From: Promethearchaeota archaeon
GTDB taxonomy: Archaea > Asgardarchaeota > Lokiarchaeia > Sigyniarchaeales > SOKP01
Length of the DNA: 50,682 nucleotides
Reading direction: 5' to 3'
Assembly: GCA_016839585.1 (NCBI GenBank)
Contig: JAEOTZ010000059.1
Coordinates: 1 to 50,682 of the forward strand
The translations under genes and the position numbers were made by a program. The notes under the pieces were generated by a model, which searched no databases, was not told the origin of the DNA, and saw only the letters and a list, made by a program, of their open reading frames with translations. Of this stretch, positions 18,310 to 28,314 are shown one piece after another (the first letter of the stretch is position 1; the number at the start of each line of letters is the position of its first letter).

Positions 18310-18909
18310 TTGAAAGATAATAAACGATTAACTAGGAAATTTTTCAACAGAGATACAAAAATTGTAGCAAAAGAATTATTAGGAAAATATTTAGTAAGAA
18401 AATCAAAAGAAGTTGTTATGGTTGGAAAAGTAATCGAAGTTGAGGCTTATCTAGGAATTAACGATAAAGCATGTCATTCTTATGATTCCAAAATGACGGA
18501 AAGGACAAAAGTTATGTATGAGGAACCTGGAACTTTATATGTTTACTTTGTCTATGGAATGTACTATTGTTTGAATGTGATTACAGAACCTAAGGGTATT
18601 CCGTGTGCAGTACTCATAAGACAACTATATCCACTAAATGGTATTGAATTGATGAAAAACAATAGAAAAGTAAAGATTGGGAAAAACTTTAAGAATTTAT
18701 GTGATGGACCAGGGAAATTTTGTATGGCTATGGATATTACTAAAGAATTATTTAATGGAAGTGATTCATGTGCAATAGATTCAAAGTTGTATCTCACTGA
18801 AGGAGAAGAAGTTAAAGATAAGGAGATTATTTTAAACAAGCGAATAGGAATTGATTATGCTGAAGAGGATAAAGATAAATTACTCCGATTTACTTTAAAT
18901 ATTAAATGA
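18310..18909 (+). CDS. mpg: DNA-3-methyladenine glycosylase (AAG/MPG family)
   Basis: VAKELLGK, EVEAY, YVYFVYGMYYCLN, AVLIR, GPGK, RIGI. Confidence 0.92.
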   Translation: MKDNKRLTRKFFNRDTKIVAKELLGKYLVRKSKEVVMVGKVIEVEAYLGINDKACHSYDSKMTERTKVMYEEPGTLYVYFVYGMYYCLNVITEPKGIPCAVLIRQLYPLNGIELMKNNRKVKIGKNFKNLCDGPGKFCMAMDITKELFNGSDSCAIDSKLYLTEGEEVKDKEIILNKRIGIDYAEEDKDKLLRFTLNIK

Positions 18910-19057
18910 TAATCCTATTTTTTTATAGAATTTTTCCAGTTTTACCTACTTAAAAATTTAAAAAAAAAATTGACATAAAAGGATAAGTATATAAATAACT
19001 TTTTTGTTGTATATTTTAGGGTTATAGGTGCTCAGTTTTTTTAGTTATTTTTAGTAG

Positions 19058-19519
19058 GTGATTTTTAATTTGAAGGATGCATTAAAGTTTTTTCAGGCTT
19101 ATATAAAGGAAATGATCGATGTAGGGGGTCCAAATTTACCAAAAGCTATATCTTCAAAATCAGGTGCAAAATTAGGCAAATTATATAAAGGAAGAGGGTG
19201 GACTATCAATATAGAAACTGCTTTAAAACAAGCATATATTGCACTAGAAGCAAAACCAAAAATAACAAAGATTAATAATAATTTATACGAGATAATCATT
19301 AAACACTCAAAAAGGTTTTGTCCTATAGGAGGTTCTTATAATCCTTCGAATGTTTCCCTATTTCAAGATAACATTTGTATACCTTTTACTAAAGGATTCT
19401 TAAATGAAATGTTTCCAAAAATGAATTTTAGCTCAGAAATTAAAACTTGTATTCTTTCCTCTAACCATAGAATATGTCATTATATTTTACATGTAGAAGA
19501 AAAGCATAACATTAATTAA
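19058..19519 (+). CDS. V4R/methanogen-output-domain-like small protein, paralog 1
   Basis: FCPIGG...C.PFTKGFLNE...C.L.....C.Y pattern; strongly similar to the next ORF. Confidence 0.65.
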   Translation: MIFNLKDALKFFQAYIKEMIDVGGPNLPKAISSKSGAKLGKLYKGRGWTINIETALKQAYIALEAKPKITKINNNLYEIIIKHSKRFCPIGGSYNPSNVSLFQDNICIPFTKGFLNEMFPKMNFSSEIKTCILSSNHRICHYILHVEEKHNIN

Positions 19520-19669
19520 TCTATTTTTCTGTTTTCAATCTTACATTTCCTTACATTAAATACACTTTTTATTTAATTTTTGTTATTACTTAATTTAATA
19601 AGCTAAAAACAAAAACAATTAAATAGTCATAAGTAGAGATTAAATCATTAAGTTTAAATTGGGGATAAA

Positions 19670-20122
19670 ATGACTAAAGATGCATTAAAATTTTTCCAAT
19701 CTTACATAATTGAAATGATTGATGTAGGGGGTCCTAATTTACCCAAAACCATATCCTCTAGTTTAGGAGCAAAATTAGGCAAATTATACAAAGAACGAGG
19801 GATAGTAGGAATAGAAAGAAGTCTAAAGCAGAGTTACAAAGTTCTAAATGCTGCTCCGAATATACAAAAAATAAATGATAATACCTATAAGGTTATACTG
19901 AAATACAAGAAAAAATTTTGTCCAATTGGTGGGAAGCATTATCCTGAACGAGCTGATATACTACAAGAAAGTTTGTGTAAACCCTATACAACTGGCTTTT
20001 TAAATGAAATTGATCCAAATTTTAAATATACTGGTAAAATTCTAGAATGTAATCTTAAATCTAATAATGGAACTTGTTCATACTTATTAACTTTAGAAGA
20101 AAAAGAAGATCATAGGGGTTAA
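19670..20122 (+). CDS. V4R/methanogen-output-domain-like small protein, paralog 2
   Basis: Shares KDALKFFQ.YI.EMIDVGGPNLPK.ISS..GAKLGKLYK.RG and four Cys with paralog 1. Confidence 0.65.
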   Translation: MTKDALKFFQSYIIEMIDVGGPNLPKTISSSLGAKLGKLYKERGIVGIERSLKQSYKVLNAAPNIQKINDNTYKVILKYKKKFCPIGGKHYPERADILQESLCKPYTTGFLNEIDPNFKYTGKILECNLKSNNGTCSYLLTLEEKEDHRG

Positions 20123-20143
20123 AATTCATAAATTGTAAATTTT

Positions 20144-20449
20144 AATTACCCGAATCTCGATCTCAATCCTATTGTTATGACCAGATGTTATGCCTCTCCA
20201 CACCCGCACCATAAAGCGTGAACACCTCGCCTTACGACTGCTCCCTCCCGGGCCTGATCGGGTTCGACATTACGGACGTATATCTTTTCTACAAAAGATA
20301 CTGCCCAAGCACCCACCTATATGGTCGATGCTTCGACGAGAACATAACGATGGATAACAATGCTTATAAAACCTTAAATCGGGCAATTTCCGCTAGAGAC
20401 CATTTTACGGTTCATCCAGTATAGGATTACAGAACTGGCCTAAGGTTCC
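20144..20449 (-). ncRNA. ffs: Signal recognition particle RNA (archaeal 7S SRP RNA)
   Basis: GC-richer island. Helix 8 signature GAACCCGAUCAGGCCC-GGGA-GGGAGCAG; helix 6 UAUCUUUU-GUAG-AAAAGAUA with a GNAR loop; long-range pairing AAUUGCCCGA/UCGGGUAAUU; TATA-like box about 26 nt upstream. Ends are approximate. Confidence 0.92.
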
Positions 20450-20470
20450 ATATTTCTTAGTTATTTATCA

Positions 20471-20488
20471 GATATAAATTTTTTTCTT
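20471..20488 (-). promoter_or_regulatory. BRE/TATA promoter of the SRP RNA gene
   Basis: AAGAAAAAAA-TTTATATC centred about 26 nt upstream of the predicted 5' G. Confidence 0.55.
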
Positions 20489-20509
20489 GAATATTACATC
20501 TTCCTTGGT

Positions 20510-20698
20510 TTAAGTTTCTTGGCTTGATCTCAATTCTTCCTTGACTATTTTTCTTTTAATGATTGATATAAATTCTTTTGTATCAGGAAATACATATGTT
20601 ATTTGATCTCCGTCATCCTCGATTGTTACTTCCTTAAAAAATCTACCCTCAACTTTAGCGTTTAAATCATTTAATATCATATTCTTAGAATATGACAA
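20510..20698 (-). CDS. Small hypothetical protein
   Basis: 62-aa ORF with plausible composition, co-oriented with its neighbours. Confidence 0.55.
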   Translation of the reverse strand: MSYSKNMILNDLNAKVEGRFFKEVTIEDDGDQITYVFPDTKEFISIIKRKIVKEELRSSQET

Positions 20699-20786
20699 AT
20701 AGATTCAAAAAAACAAATAATATGGTGATGTCACTAAAGATTAGTCAGATTGAATAAAAGAAGATTAAAATAGATTTAGGAGAGGA

Positions 20787-21653
20787 TTATTTCTTTCCAT
20801 TTTCTAAAAGAGTATCAATAAATAACTGTATTTGAGTATTAGCGGATTTATTATTATGAAAAATTCCATTCAGATAACTAGTTAGAAAATGTTTAATTTC
20901 TGAATTAAAATCTCTTAAATCAACATAGTAATATTTATTTTTTAATTTTTTACCATTTAATTGGGGTTCGATTTGCCTTTTAATCAAATATAATATAAAA
21001 TTAACAATAGAAGCATTGATCTTTTGCTCGTCCTCTGAGGATAATTCGTAGTCTCCTCTAACAGTTTCATTTCTAATGTTGTTTAACTCTAATAAACTTT
21101 CTTCTACATCTGTAGACAACTTGAGTTCTTTAATCTTGGTTGGCATATCTTGATTATTTTTAGCATCTAGCCTAGCATCACAGAAATTTTCTAAATTCGC
21201 TATAAACCGAACTAATAATTTAAATTTATCCTCTATTTCATACATACTCTCCCAAACAGATATATTTAAACCACTAAGAGATAATTCTATTTTATTTGTT
21301 ATTTCTGTTGTTATTTTTGATAGATATCGAGAATAATCTTCAAAGGGAAATCCAAAATAATAACTATTATATTTTTCTTTAACATCTTTACTAACTACAT
21401 TTGAACTTTGAATTTTTTCTTTTTTTACAAGTTCTTTTGCAAACTTCAAAATGAAATTACAGTGAGGACAATAGGTAACCCAAGAACCAAGGACTACCTC
21501 AGGAGGTTTAACACCACTAGAACTTATATAGCCATCAAAACCGGATAATTTCTTGCCATCTGGAGCCGAAAAAATTGCTTCTTCAGGATAAAATGTCCTA
21601 GGGATAAATTTAAGATTACAAACAGGGCATTTCAGCTTTTCTTTACTTTTCAT
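20787..21653 (-). CDS. Hypothetical protein with a Zn ribbon and a HEPN/DUF4145-like helical region
   Basis: CPVC...CPHC; KIKEL....LNNIRNETVRG. Confidence 0.6.
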   Translation of the reverse strand: MKSKEKLKCPVCNLKFIPRTFYPEEAIFSAPDGKKLSGFDGYISSSGVKPPEVVLGSWVTYCPHCNFILKFAKELVKKEKIQSSNVVSKDVKEKYNSYYFGFPFEDYSRYLSKITTEITNKIELSLSGLNISVWESMYEIEDKFKLLVRFIANLENFCDARLDAKNNQDMPTKIKELKLSTDVEESLLELNNIRNETVRGDYELSSEDEQKINASIVNFILYLIKRQIEPQLNGKKLKNKYYYVDLRDFNSEIKHFLTSYLNGIFHNNKSANTQIQLFIDTLLENGKK

Positions 21654-21865
21654 TCCTCTTTTAATACGTATTTTAATTAATTAAGAATTTTCAATTTTAA
21701 TACTAAATAAGATCAAAATTAATCGATTTATTAAGGATATAAATATAGAGATATCACATGTGAAATTTTAAGAGTCTCTTCAATTTATTAATATGATTTA
21801 AATGCGATTATTCAATAAAGATAATTTAATATTGAGTATAAATTCTTAAATTTATAAGCACTTTA

Positions 21866-22996
21866 TTGGGTATAAAAGAGGGAATTTTTAAGATGTCAAA
21901 TGAGATTGTGTATATTGATGCTAAAACTCTACAAAATTTCATGAAAGATGTTTTTATTGGCCTTGGAGTGCCAGAAGAAGATGCTAATATTATTGCAGAT
22001 GTTTTAATAACTTCAGATTTAAGAGGGATAGATTCTCATGGTATTCAAAGATGTAAAATGTACTATGATAGAATTAGAGAAGGAATTTATGAGGTAAAAA
22101 CAAAAATAGACATTATAAAAGACGGCCCTACAACCGCGCTTTGGGATGGAAATTGTGGAATGGGGCATGTTATTGCATATAGGGCAATGAATACAGCAAT
22201 TGACAAAGCCAAAAAATATGGTCTTGGAGCTGTAGCTGTAAGGAATTCCACACATTTTGGCATTGCTGGTTATTATTCACTTATGGCTATCAGGGAAGGG
22301 ATGATAGGATTAGCTGTTACCAATGCAAGGCCATCTATCCCACCAACATTTGGTGTAGAACCAATGTTAGGAACTAATCCAATAACTATTGGAGCTCCAA
22401 CTGATGAAGAATTTCCATTTCTTTTAGATTGTGCAACCTCCATTATTCAAAGAGGAAAAGTAGAGCTTTACAATCGAATTAATAAACCACTCCCAGAAAA
22501 TACTGTTATCAACGATAAGGGTGAAGTTATGACTGATGCTGGAAAAATATTAGAAGAGATGCTTGAAAGAAAAGCAGCATTATTACCACTAGGTGGTAGA
22601 GGGGAAGAAACTGCTGGTTATAAAGGATATGGGTATGCTACTGTTGTAGAACTTTTATCTGCTGCCTTGCAAGAAGGAATCTATTTAAGAGATACTTTAG
22701 GGATTGTTGAAAGTGGTCAAAAACGATTAAAAGTAGGACATTTCTTCTTAGCAATAGATATTGAAAGTTTCATAGGAATCTACTCCTTCAAAAAAACCGC
22801 TGGGAATATCATGAGAGACCTTAGGAATTCAAAGAAGGATCCAAGAGCAGAAAGAATCTATACTGCAGGAGAAAAAGAATATGTTGCTGATAATAAAAGA
22901 AGAAAGGGTGGAATTCCATTAAATAAAAGTCTACAAAATGATATAAAAATAATGCAAAAAGAACTTGAACTAAATAAGTATAACTTTCCCTTCTAA
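21866..22996 (+). CDS. Ldh_2 family (malate/L-lactate/sulfolactate-type) dehydrogenase, paralog 1; probable start is ATG 21893
   Basis: DLRGIDSHG, RNSTHFG, GTNP, LDCATS, LLPLGG...GYKGYG, GHFF. Confidence 0.92.
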   Translation: MGIKEGIFKMSNEIVYIDAKTLQNFMKDVFIGLGVPEEDANIIADVLITSDLRGIDSHGIQRCKMYYDRIREGIYEVKTKIDIIKDGPTTALWDGNCGMGHVIAYRAMNTAIDKAKKYGLGAVAVRNSTHFGIAGYYSLMAIREGMIGLAVTNARPSIPPTFGVEPMLGTNPITIGAPTDEEFPFLLDCATSIIQRGKVELYNRINKPLPENTVINDKGEVMTDAGKILEEMLERKAALLPLGGRGEETAGYKGYGYATVVELLSAALQEGIYLRDTLGIVESGQKRLKVGHFFLAIDIESFIGIYSFKKTAGNIMRDLRNSKKDPRAERIYTAGEKEYVADNKRRKGGIPLNKSLQNDIKIMQKELELNKYNFPF

Positions 22997-23281
22997 TTAT
23001 TTACTTATTATTCTGATTCTTTCTAATGTTTCTTTTTCATCACTAGATTAGATATAGATCGCTTCTAAATTTATTAAAATTCTAAATCTGGAGTTTATGA
23101 TTAAAATTTTTGGTAAATTTATTATCACTGATAATTGAGAAAAATATTAAAAAAATACGAAAAAATTATTAAAATCCTTAAGAAATCACGAACTTTCAAC
23201 TTATCTTAAATAGGATTTTATATAAATAGCTAGTTAAATAAACAAATCCTATCACAAAGTTACTTAAAGAATGCGATAATT

Positions 23282-24445
23282 ATGGAAGAAACAAATGAAG
23301 AAGCCTCATTAGAAGCTTCATTAGATGATAGAATTCAAACATCATTAGTTGACACAGCTTATGTTGATGCTAGTCTTTTAAGGAGTTTTATAAGAGATGC
23401 TTTCATTAAGCTCGAAGTTCCAGAAGAAGATGCAGAAATAATAGCTGATATTCTTAATGCCGCTGATTTAAGAGGGATAAATTCCCATGGAGTTCAAAGA
23501 CTTAAAATGTATTGTGATAGGATCAAGGAAGGGATATATAATCCTAAAACCGAAATAAAAGTTATTAATGATAATACTGCTACAGCTGTAATTGATGGAG
23601 GATGTGGTATGGGGCACGTTATAGGTTATAAAGCAATGAAATTAGCTATAGAAAAAGCTAAGAAATATGGTTTAGGCGCTGTAGCAGTAAGAAATTCTAC
23701 TCATTTCGGTATCGCAGGGTATTATTCTATGATGGCCATAAAAGAAGGGATGATTGGATTTACTACTACTAACACTAGACCCTCCGTTCCTCCAACATTT
23801 GGAGTAGAGCCAATGTTAGGAACAAACCCATTAACCTATGGAGCTCCTACTGATGAAAAATTTCCATTCTTGATCGATTGCGCAACATCAATCATCCAGA
23901 GAGGTAAAGTAGAAGTCTATAACAGAATGCATAAACTCCTCCCAAATGGTGTTATTATTACAAAAAATGGGCACTCTGAGATTAACCCCAGTGATGTATT
24001 ACATGATCTTGTTGACCGTTCGGCAGCACTCTTACCACTTGGGGGAAAAGGAGAAGCTACTTCTGGATATAAAGGCTATGGATATGCTACATTTGCAGAA
24101 ATTTTATCATCAGCATTACAAGATGGAATTTATCTTAAAGATACAGCTGGAGTTATTGAAAATGGTCAAAAAAAGTTGAAAGTTGGTCACTTCTTTTTAG
24201 CGATAAATGTTAATAATTTTATACCATTGGAAAGATTCCAAGAGATAACAGGAAATATTATGCGAGAACTTAGAAATTCAAAAAAAGCTCCTGGAGCAAA
24301 ATGCATTTACACAGCAGGCGAGAAAGAATATTATACCAAGAAAGAAACAAAGAAAGTCGGAATTCCAGTAAATAAAAGCGTTCAAGAAGATATTAAAATC
24401 ATTCAAAAAGAACTTGGACTAGAGAAATATAAATTTCCCTTTTAA
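23282..24445 (+). CDS. Ldh_2 family dehydrogenase, paralog 2
   Basis: Same motifs as paralog 1, with long identical stretches. Confidence 0.92.
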   Translation: MEETNEEASLEASLDDRIQTSLVDTAYVDASLLRSFIRDAFIKLEVPEEDAEIIADILNAADLRGINSHGVQRLKMYCDRIKEGIYNPKTEIKVINDNTATAVIDGGCGMGHVIGYKAMKLAIEKAKKYGLGAVAVRNSTHFGIAGYYSMMAIKEGMIGFTTTNTRPSVPPTFGVEPMLGTNPLTYGAPTDEKFPFLIDCATSIIQRGKVEVYNRMHKLLPNGVIITKNGHSEINPSDVLHDLVDRSAALLPLGGKGEATSGYKGYGYATFAEILSSALQDGIYLKDTAGVIENGQKKLKVGHFFLAINVNNFIPLERFQEITGNIMRELRNSKKAPGAKCIYTAGEKEYYTKKETKKVGIPVNKSVQEDIKIIQKELGLEKYKFPF

Positions 24446-24470
24446 GTATAACTGGTCTAAAACTAGTTTT

Positions 24471-25943
24471 TTAAAATATTATACCTTCTGTTATTCCTTC
24501 TATTGGTTCTGAATGAAAAATAATTTCATGTAAATTTTCAATTTCAAGTTTATCCTTTACTCTTTGCTCTAATTTACTAATTATATCATGCACAATTGAT
24601 ATATTTAGAGATCCATCAAAAAAAATATGAAGTTCTAACATACATAAATCCATTGCTGTCCAACATTCTAAACCATGGTAACCTTTAACTTGAGGTTCCT
24701 CTCGAAGTACTTTTTCAATTAATTTCTGAATTTCTTGCATTCTTTGAGGATCTATTCTTTCACATACTATTTGATCCGGTGATAATAATTTAATAGCTGG
24801 TTCTGATTCTATATGAGTAATGATCCTTGAAATTAATGGAGATTGCATCTTCAATTCTCTTTCAAAATTATTACATATTTCATGAGCTTCTTCTAAAGAT
24901 AAACTTTCATCGAGAGCTATTGATAAAGATAAAAAGGTTTTATCTTCAACTCTAAAAACATTTACTTCCCTAAAGTTAAGAATTTTAGGGAATTCACTTT
25001 TCATTGAATGAATTATATTTAACACTTTTTCCCCTATAGACTTTTCTCCGCTAAGTGGATTCATTTCAACTAAAGTTTCTACGTTATAAAAGGGAATATA
25101 TTTTTTGGTCATAGTACGAATTGCTTTAGTAATTTCATTAGCATGGATTATTGAAATATGATCCTCTACAGATAAATGAACTTCTAAAAATAAAATATTC
25201 CCGCTCGCTCTCACTTTTAGTTCTTCAACTCCATTTACGTGATCTAAGTTGAAAATATTTTGTTTCATTTCTTCCAAAATAAAAGCACTAATAGGATTGA
25301 CATCAATTAAATTTCCAATCCCTTCAATTAATAACTTAACTGCTCCATAAATTATAAAAATTGATATAGCAACACTAAAATAAGGATCTAAGTATTCAAT
25401 TTCAAAAAAGTATGCAAAAATGAAATTAATTAATACTATTATAGCTCTTAGTGAATCTTGGAATAAATTTAGACCTTGAATTTTGAGAGATAAACTATTT
25501 CTTTTTTTCCCCTGCCATATTAAAAATCGTGAAAAAAAGAGATTAATTGTAAATGATAATATCAACAATTGAAATCCTATATCAGGGTTAACAATCCTAG
25601 AAGAATCTTCTAAAATTACTTGGATTGCTATCCAAGTAATGAAGATATAAATATTAATAAGAATAATCCCTTGAACCATTGCTCCTACTGAATCAATTTT
25701 AGTATGACCATACATATGTTGATAATCAGGGGGCTTTAGGCTTAAATGGATTGAATAAATCGTTAAAGAAACAAAGATTATATCTATAAGTGTATCTACT
25801 GTTTCAGATAAAAAACTAAGACTACCTGTTAATATAACACCAATTAATTTTATTGTTGACTGAATTAGAATAACAATAAAAGCACATATCCCAATTTTTA
25901 TTTTGTAATCCATATCTTTTATAGAAAAATAAATAAAAATCAA
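24471..25943 (-). CDS. Cation diffusion facilitator with three C-terminal ZT_dimer-like domains; probable start is ATG 25913
   Basis: Six TM segments, PPD.QH.YGH.K motif, and three repeats resembling SI..AH.I...(H)..P. Confidence 0.9.
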   Translation of the reverse strand: MIFIYFSIKDMDYKIKIGICAFIVILIQSTIKLIGVILTGSLSFLSETVDTLIDIIFVSLTIYSIHLSLKPPDYQHMYGHTKIDSVGAMVQGIILINIYIFITWIAIQVILEDSSRIVNPDIGFQLLILSFTINLFFSRFLIWQGKKRNSLSLKIQGLNLFQDSLRAIIVLINFIFAYFFEIEYLDPYFSVAISIFIIYGAVKLLIEGIGNLIDVNPISAFILEEMKQNIFNLDHVNGVEELKVRASGNILFLEVHLSVEDHISIIHANEITKAIRTMTKKYIPFYNVETLVEMNPLSGEKSIGEKVLNIIHSMKSEFPKILNFREVNVFRVEDKTFLSLSIALDESLSLEEAHEICNNFERELKMQSPLISRIITHIESEPAIKLLSPDQIVCERIDPQRMQEIQKLIEKVLREEPQVKGYHGLECWTAMDLCMLELHIFFDGSLNISIVHDIISKLEQRVKDKLEIENLHEIIFHSEPIEGITEGIIF

Positions 25944-26214
25944 TTAAGAGATTTAAAGAAAAGTTAAAAATTAAATATTTTGAAAAAGATTTAGTAATTT
26001 CTACTTCTTACAATTCAATACGCATAATTTAATTATTAAAATTCTTCATACGATAAAATCTTTAATATAAGATTATATTTTGGAGTTTTTCCAATAATGT
26101 CAAGTCATTTAAAGAGTATATTAATAAATCAGATACTAAAGAGGGCTTAGGAAAAGATATATCATATACAATAATTAGAAAATCGATATCAAATTAAAAA
26201 ATAAACACTTCTAT

Positions 26215-27090
26215 TTAAACCAATTCTCCTTTTGCAACGATTATTGCTTTGCCTCCAACCGAAACATAATATTTACCTTCTTTTTCTTCGGCCCTCAGAA
26301 GCAATAGACTTGGTCTTCCTATCTCATATCCTTGTTCAACACGTATATCTATATTTCTCTTATTAAAATAGTCCTGTTTAACTAAATATGCTGCTAGGCA
26401 TCCATTTCCAGAGCCAGTAGCTGGATCTTCAGGTACACCATAAAAATCTGCAAAAAATCTAACATTCAAATCATTATTTTTATCATATGTTTCTGGACAA
26501 AAAATCAGAATTGATTTAGCTTTAGTATTTTCGATTAAATCATAATATTTATCTGTGTTGATTTTAGCTCTTTTTAATGCATTTAAGGACTTCAGCGGAG
26601 TAATAATAGTAGGAACGCCTGTAGAAACTTCCTGGATCCTAAATCTTTTATCTATATCATTTTCTTTTAGGTTTAATACTTCTGCTATTAAATCTGGGGC
26701 AAAAAATCCGTGAAATGTCGGCTCTTTTTGTTCCATCCATATTTCTGAAACATAATCACCTTTGTATTTAAACAATACAGGGATTTGCCCTATTTTAAGA
26801 TTTAAAGGAATTGTTTTTACTTTACCTTTAATAAATTCTTGTTGAATAACAAAAGCAGTTCCTAATGTTGGATGCCCTGCAAATGGTAATTCTGTTTCCG
26901 GAGTAAAAATCCTAACTGTATAATTTTCAAAAGAAGTGATAAAAGTTGTTTCCGAATAGTTCATTTCTTTCGCAATTCGTTGCATTTCAGAATCAGTTAA
27001 TGATTCTTGACATATAAAAACAGCAAGCTGATTTCCTTCATATTTTCTTTCCGCAAAAACATCCACGATATAAAATTTACAATTTTTCAT
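26215..27090 (-). CDS. PhzF family epimerase/isomerase
   Basis: VDVF....GNQLAV, SETTF, RIFTPETELPFAGHPT, EDPATGS, EQG.EIGRPS. Confidence 0.93.
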   Translation of the reverse strand: MKNCKFYIVDVFAERKYEGNQLAVFICQESLTDSEMQRIAKEMNYSETTFITSFENYTVRIFTPETELPFAGHPTLGTAFVIQQEFIKGKVKTIPLNLKIGQIPVLFKYKGDYVSEIWMEQKEPTFHGFFAPDLIAEVLNLKENDIDKRFRIQEVSTGVPTIITPLKSLNALKRAKINTDKYYDLIENTKAKSILIFCPETYDKNNDLNVRFFADFYGVPEDPATGSGNGCLAAYLVKQDYFNKRNIDIRVEQGYEIGRPSLLLLRAEEKEGKYYVSVGGKAIIVAKGELV

Positions 27091-27263
27091 TTAGATATCC
27101 TCTCTATCTAATGATAAAATATTTGATATAATTTTGAAAGATAAATTGAGTAAGAATTACGTTATATTATTTCTACTAATAGAAGATAATTTATGCATTA
27201 TATTAAATAATTCGCCTTTATATGAAATTAACATAAATTTCTCTAGCTTTAGATTTGATATTT

Positions 27264-28154
27264 TTATCTTTTTGCTGGAGAAGCATAACAATACGCACAA
27301 TTATGTTTACATCGAAAAATACCTGTATATCCACCAATATCTTTTGATTTAAAACAACCACAGTCCTTTCTTTGTCCTGAGTCTTTTATCTTTGGAATTA
27401 CTTCACCTGATAATTGTTCAATTTTGTATGCATCAATACAATGTGCTTGTTCTATACCTTTAATATTCAGTAAATCTGGTTGACAACATGCTTTCATTTT
27501 TAAATTATGATTATCACAAATTTCGATTAGCTTTATTAAAATTTCTCTTTTTTTCTCGATTGAAGGATTGATAGGGATGTATCCTCTCATATTCATTCGA
27601 TTTTTGACTTTTGTATATATTGTCGCAAAAGAGAAAATGATTTCTTTCAATCCAAAAGAAGAGATTTTCTCTATAATATAGCTGAATTTGTTTAAATTAT
27701 TCTTAATTTTGTTTGATACTTTTAATTTATAAAATATTATCGGATCATATCTATAATTGACTGCCAATTTCCCAAATTCATTAATAAGCCATTCTAATTG
27801 ATTTAACCTCTCTTCTAAACTAACTCCTAAATTACCTTCCAGTTCAGAAGGAGAGTTTATCGTAAATTGAAAAGAATGTGCCTTATATGATTTAAAAATA
27901 TCTTGATGATTTTGATAATTAGTTATCCAATTCTTAAAATTTTTCGACCACCAAACCCAGCATTTCACATCTTCAGGTTTTAGAGAAACTCTTGCAATCT
28001 GGGAAGGATAAAACGGATTTGGTACATCCACATATCTAATACGAATCCTATTAACAACCCAATCCATCAAAAATGCAGGTATATCTGTCCTACGGGAACA
28101 AGAGATTATGGGTGATTTAATTATTTGTTTAGTACTGACTGAATTGGGAATCAT
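27264..28154 (-). CDS. DUF1848 family protein
   Basis: IISCSRRTDIPAF, WSKN, RYDPI, QR.DCGC..SKDIG.Y, CKHNCAYCYA. Confidence 0.9.
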   Translation of the reverse strand: MIPNSVSTKQIIKSPIISCSRRTDIPAFLMDWVVNRIRIRYVDVPNPFYPSQIARVSLKPEDVKCWVWWSKNFKNWITNYQNHQDIFKSYKAHSFQFTINSPSELEGNLGVSLEERLNQLEWLINEFGKLAVNYRYDPIIFYKLKVSNKIKNNLNKFSYIIEKISSFGLKEIIFSFATIYTKVKNRMNMRGYIPINPSIEKKREILIKLIEICDNHNLKMKACCQPDLLNIKGIEQAHCIDAYKIEQLSGEVIPKIKDSGQRKDCGCFKSKDIGGYTGIFRCKHNCAYCYASPAKR

Positions 28155-28314
28155 ATTTTATGACTTTTAAAATTTAATTAAAACACCAAGTAAATATGAT
28201 ATCGTTCCAAATTGCATTATTAAAAAGATAATTATCCTTAATTTTAAGACATTTTCTTTCGATTGATCTTCGAAACTAATACACATAATCGAAAATGGGA
28301 AGATAAATTTATCT

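Noticed and set aside
20218-20424. 68-aa plus-strand ORF
   Set aside because: Antisense to the SRP RNA; open only because of locally higher GC
23300-23323. 12-bp tandem repeat encoding EASL-EASL
   Set aside because: Only two imperfect copies in a variable N-terminus; probably neutral slippage
25944-26214. Short open frames of about 35-45 codons in the CDF-PhzF gap
   Set aside because: No start codon with SD support and no recognisable motif
27134-27352. 72-aa plus-strand ORF
   Set aside because: Low-complexity AT-rich translation that overlaps the DUF1848 gene antisense; no motif
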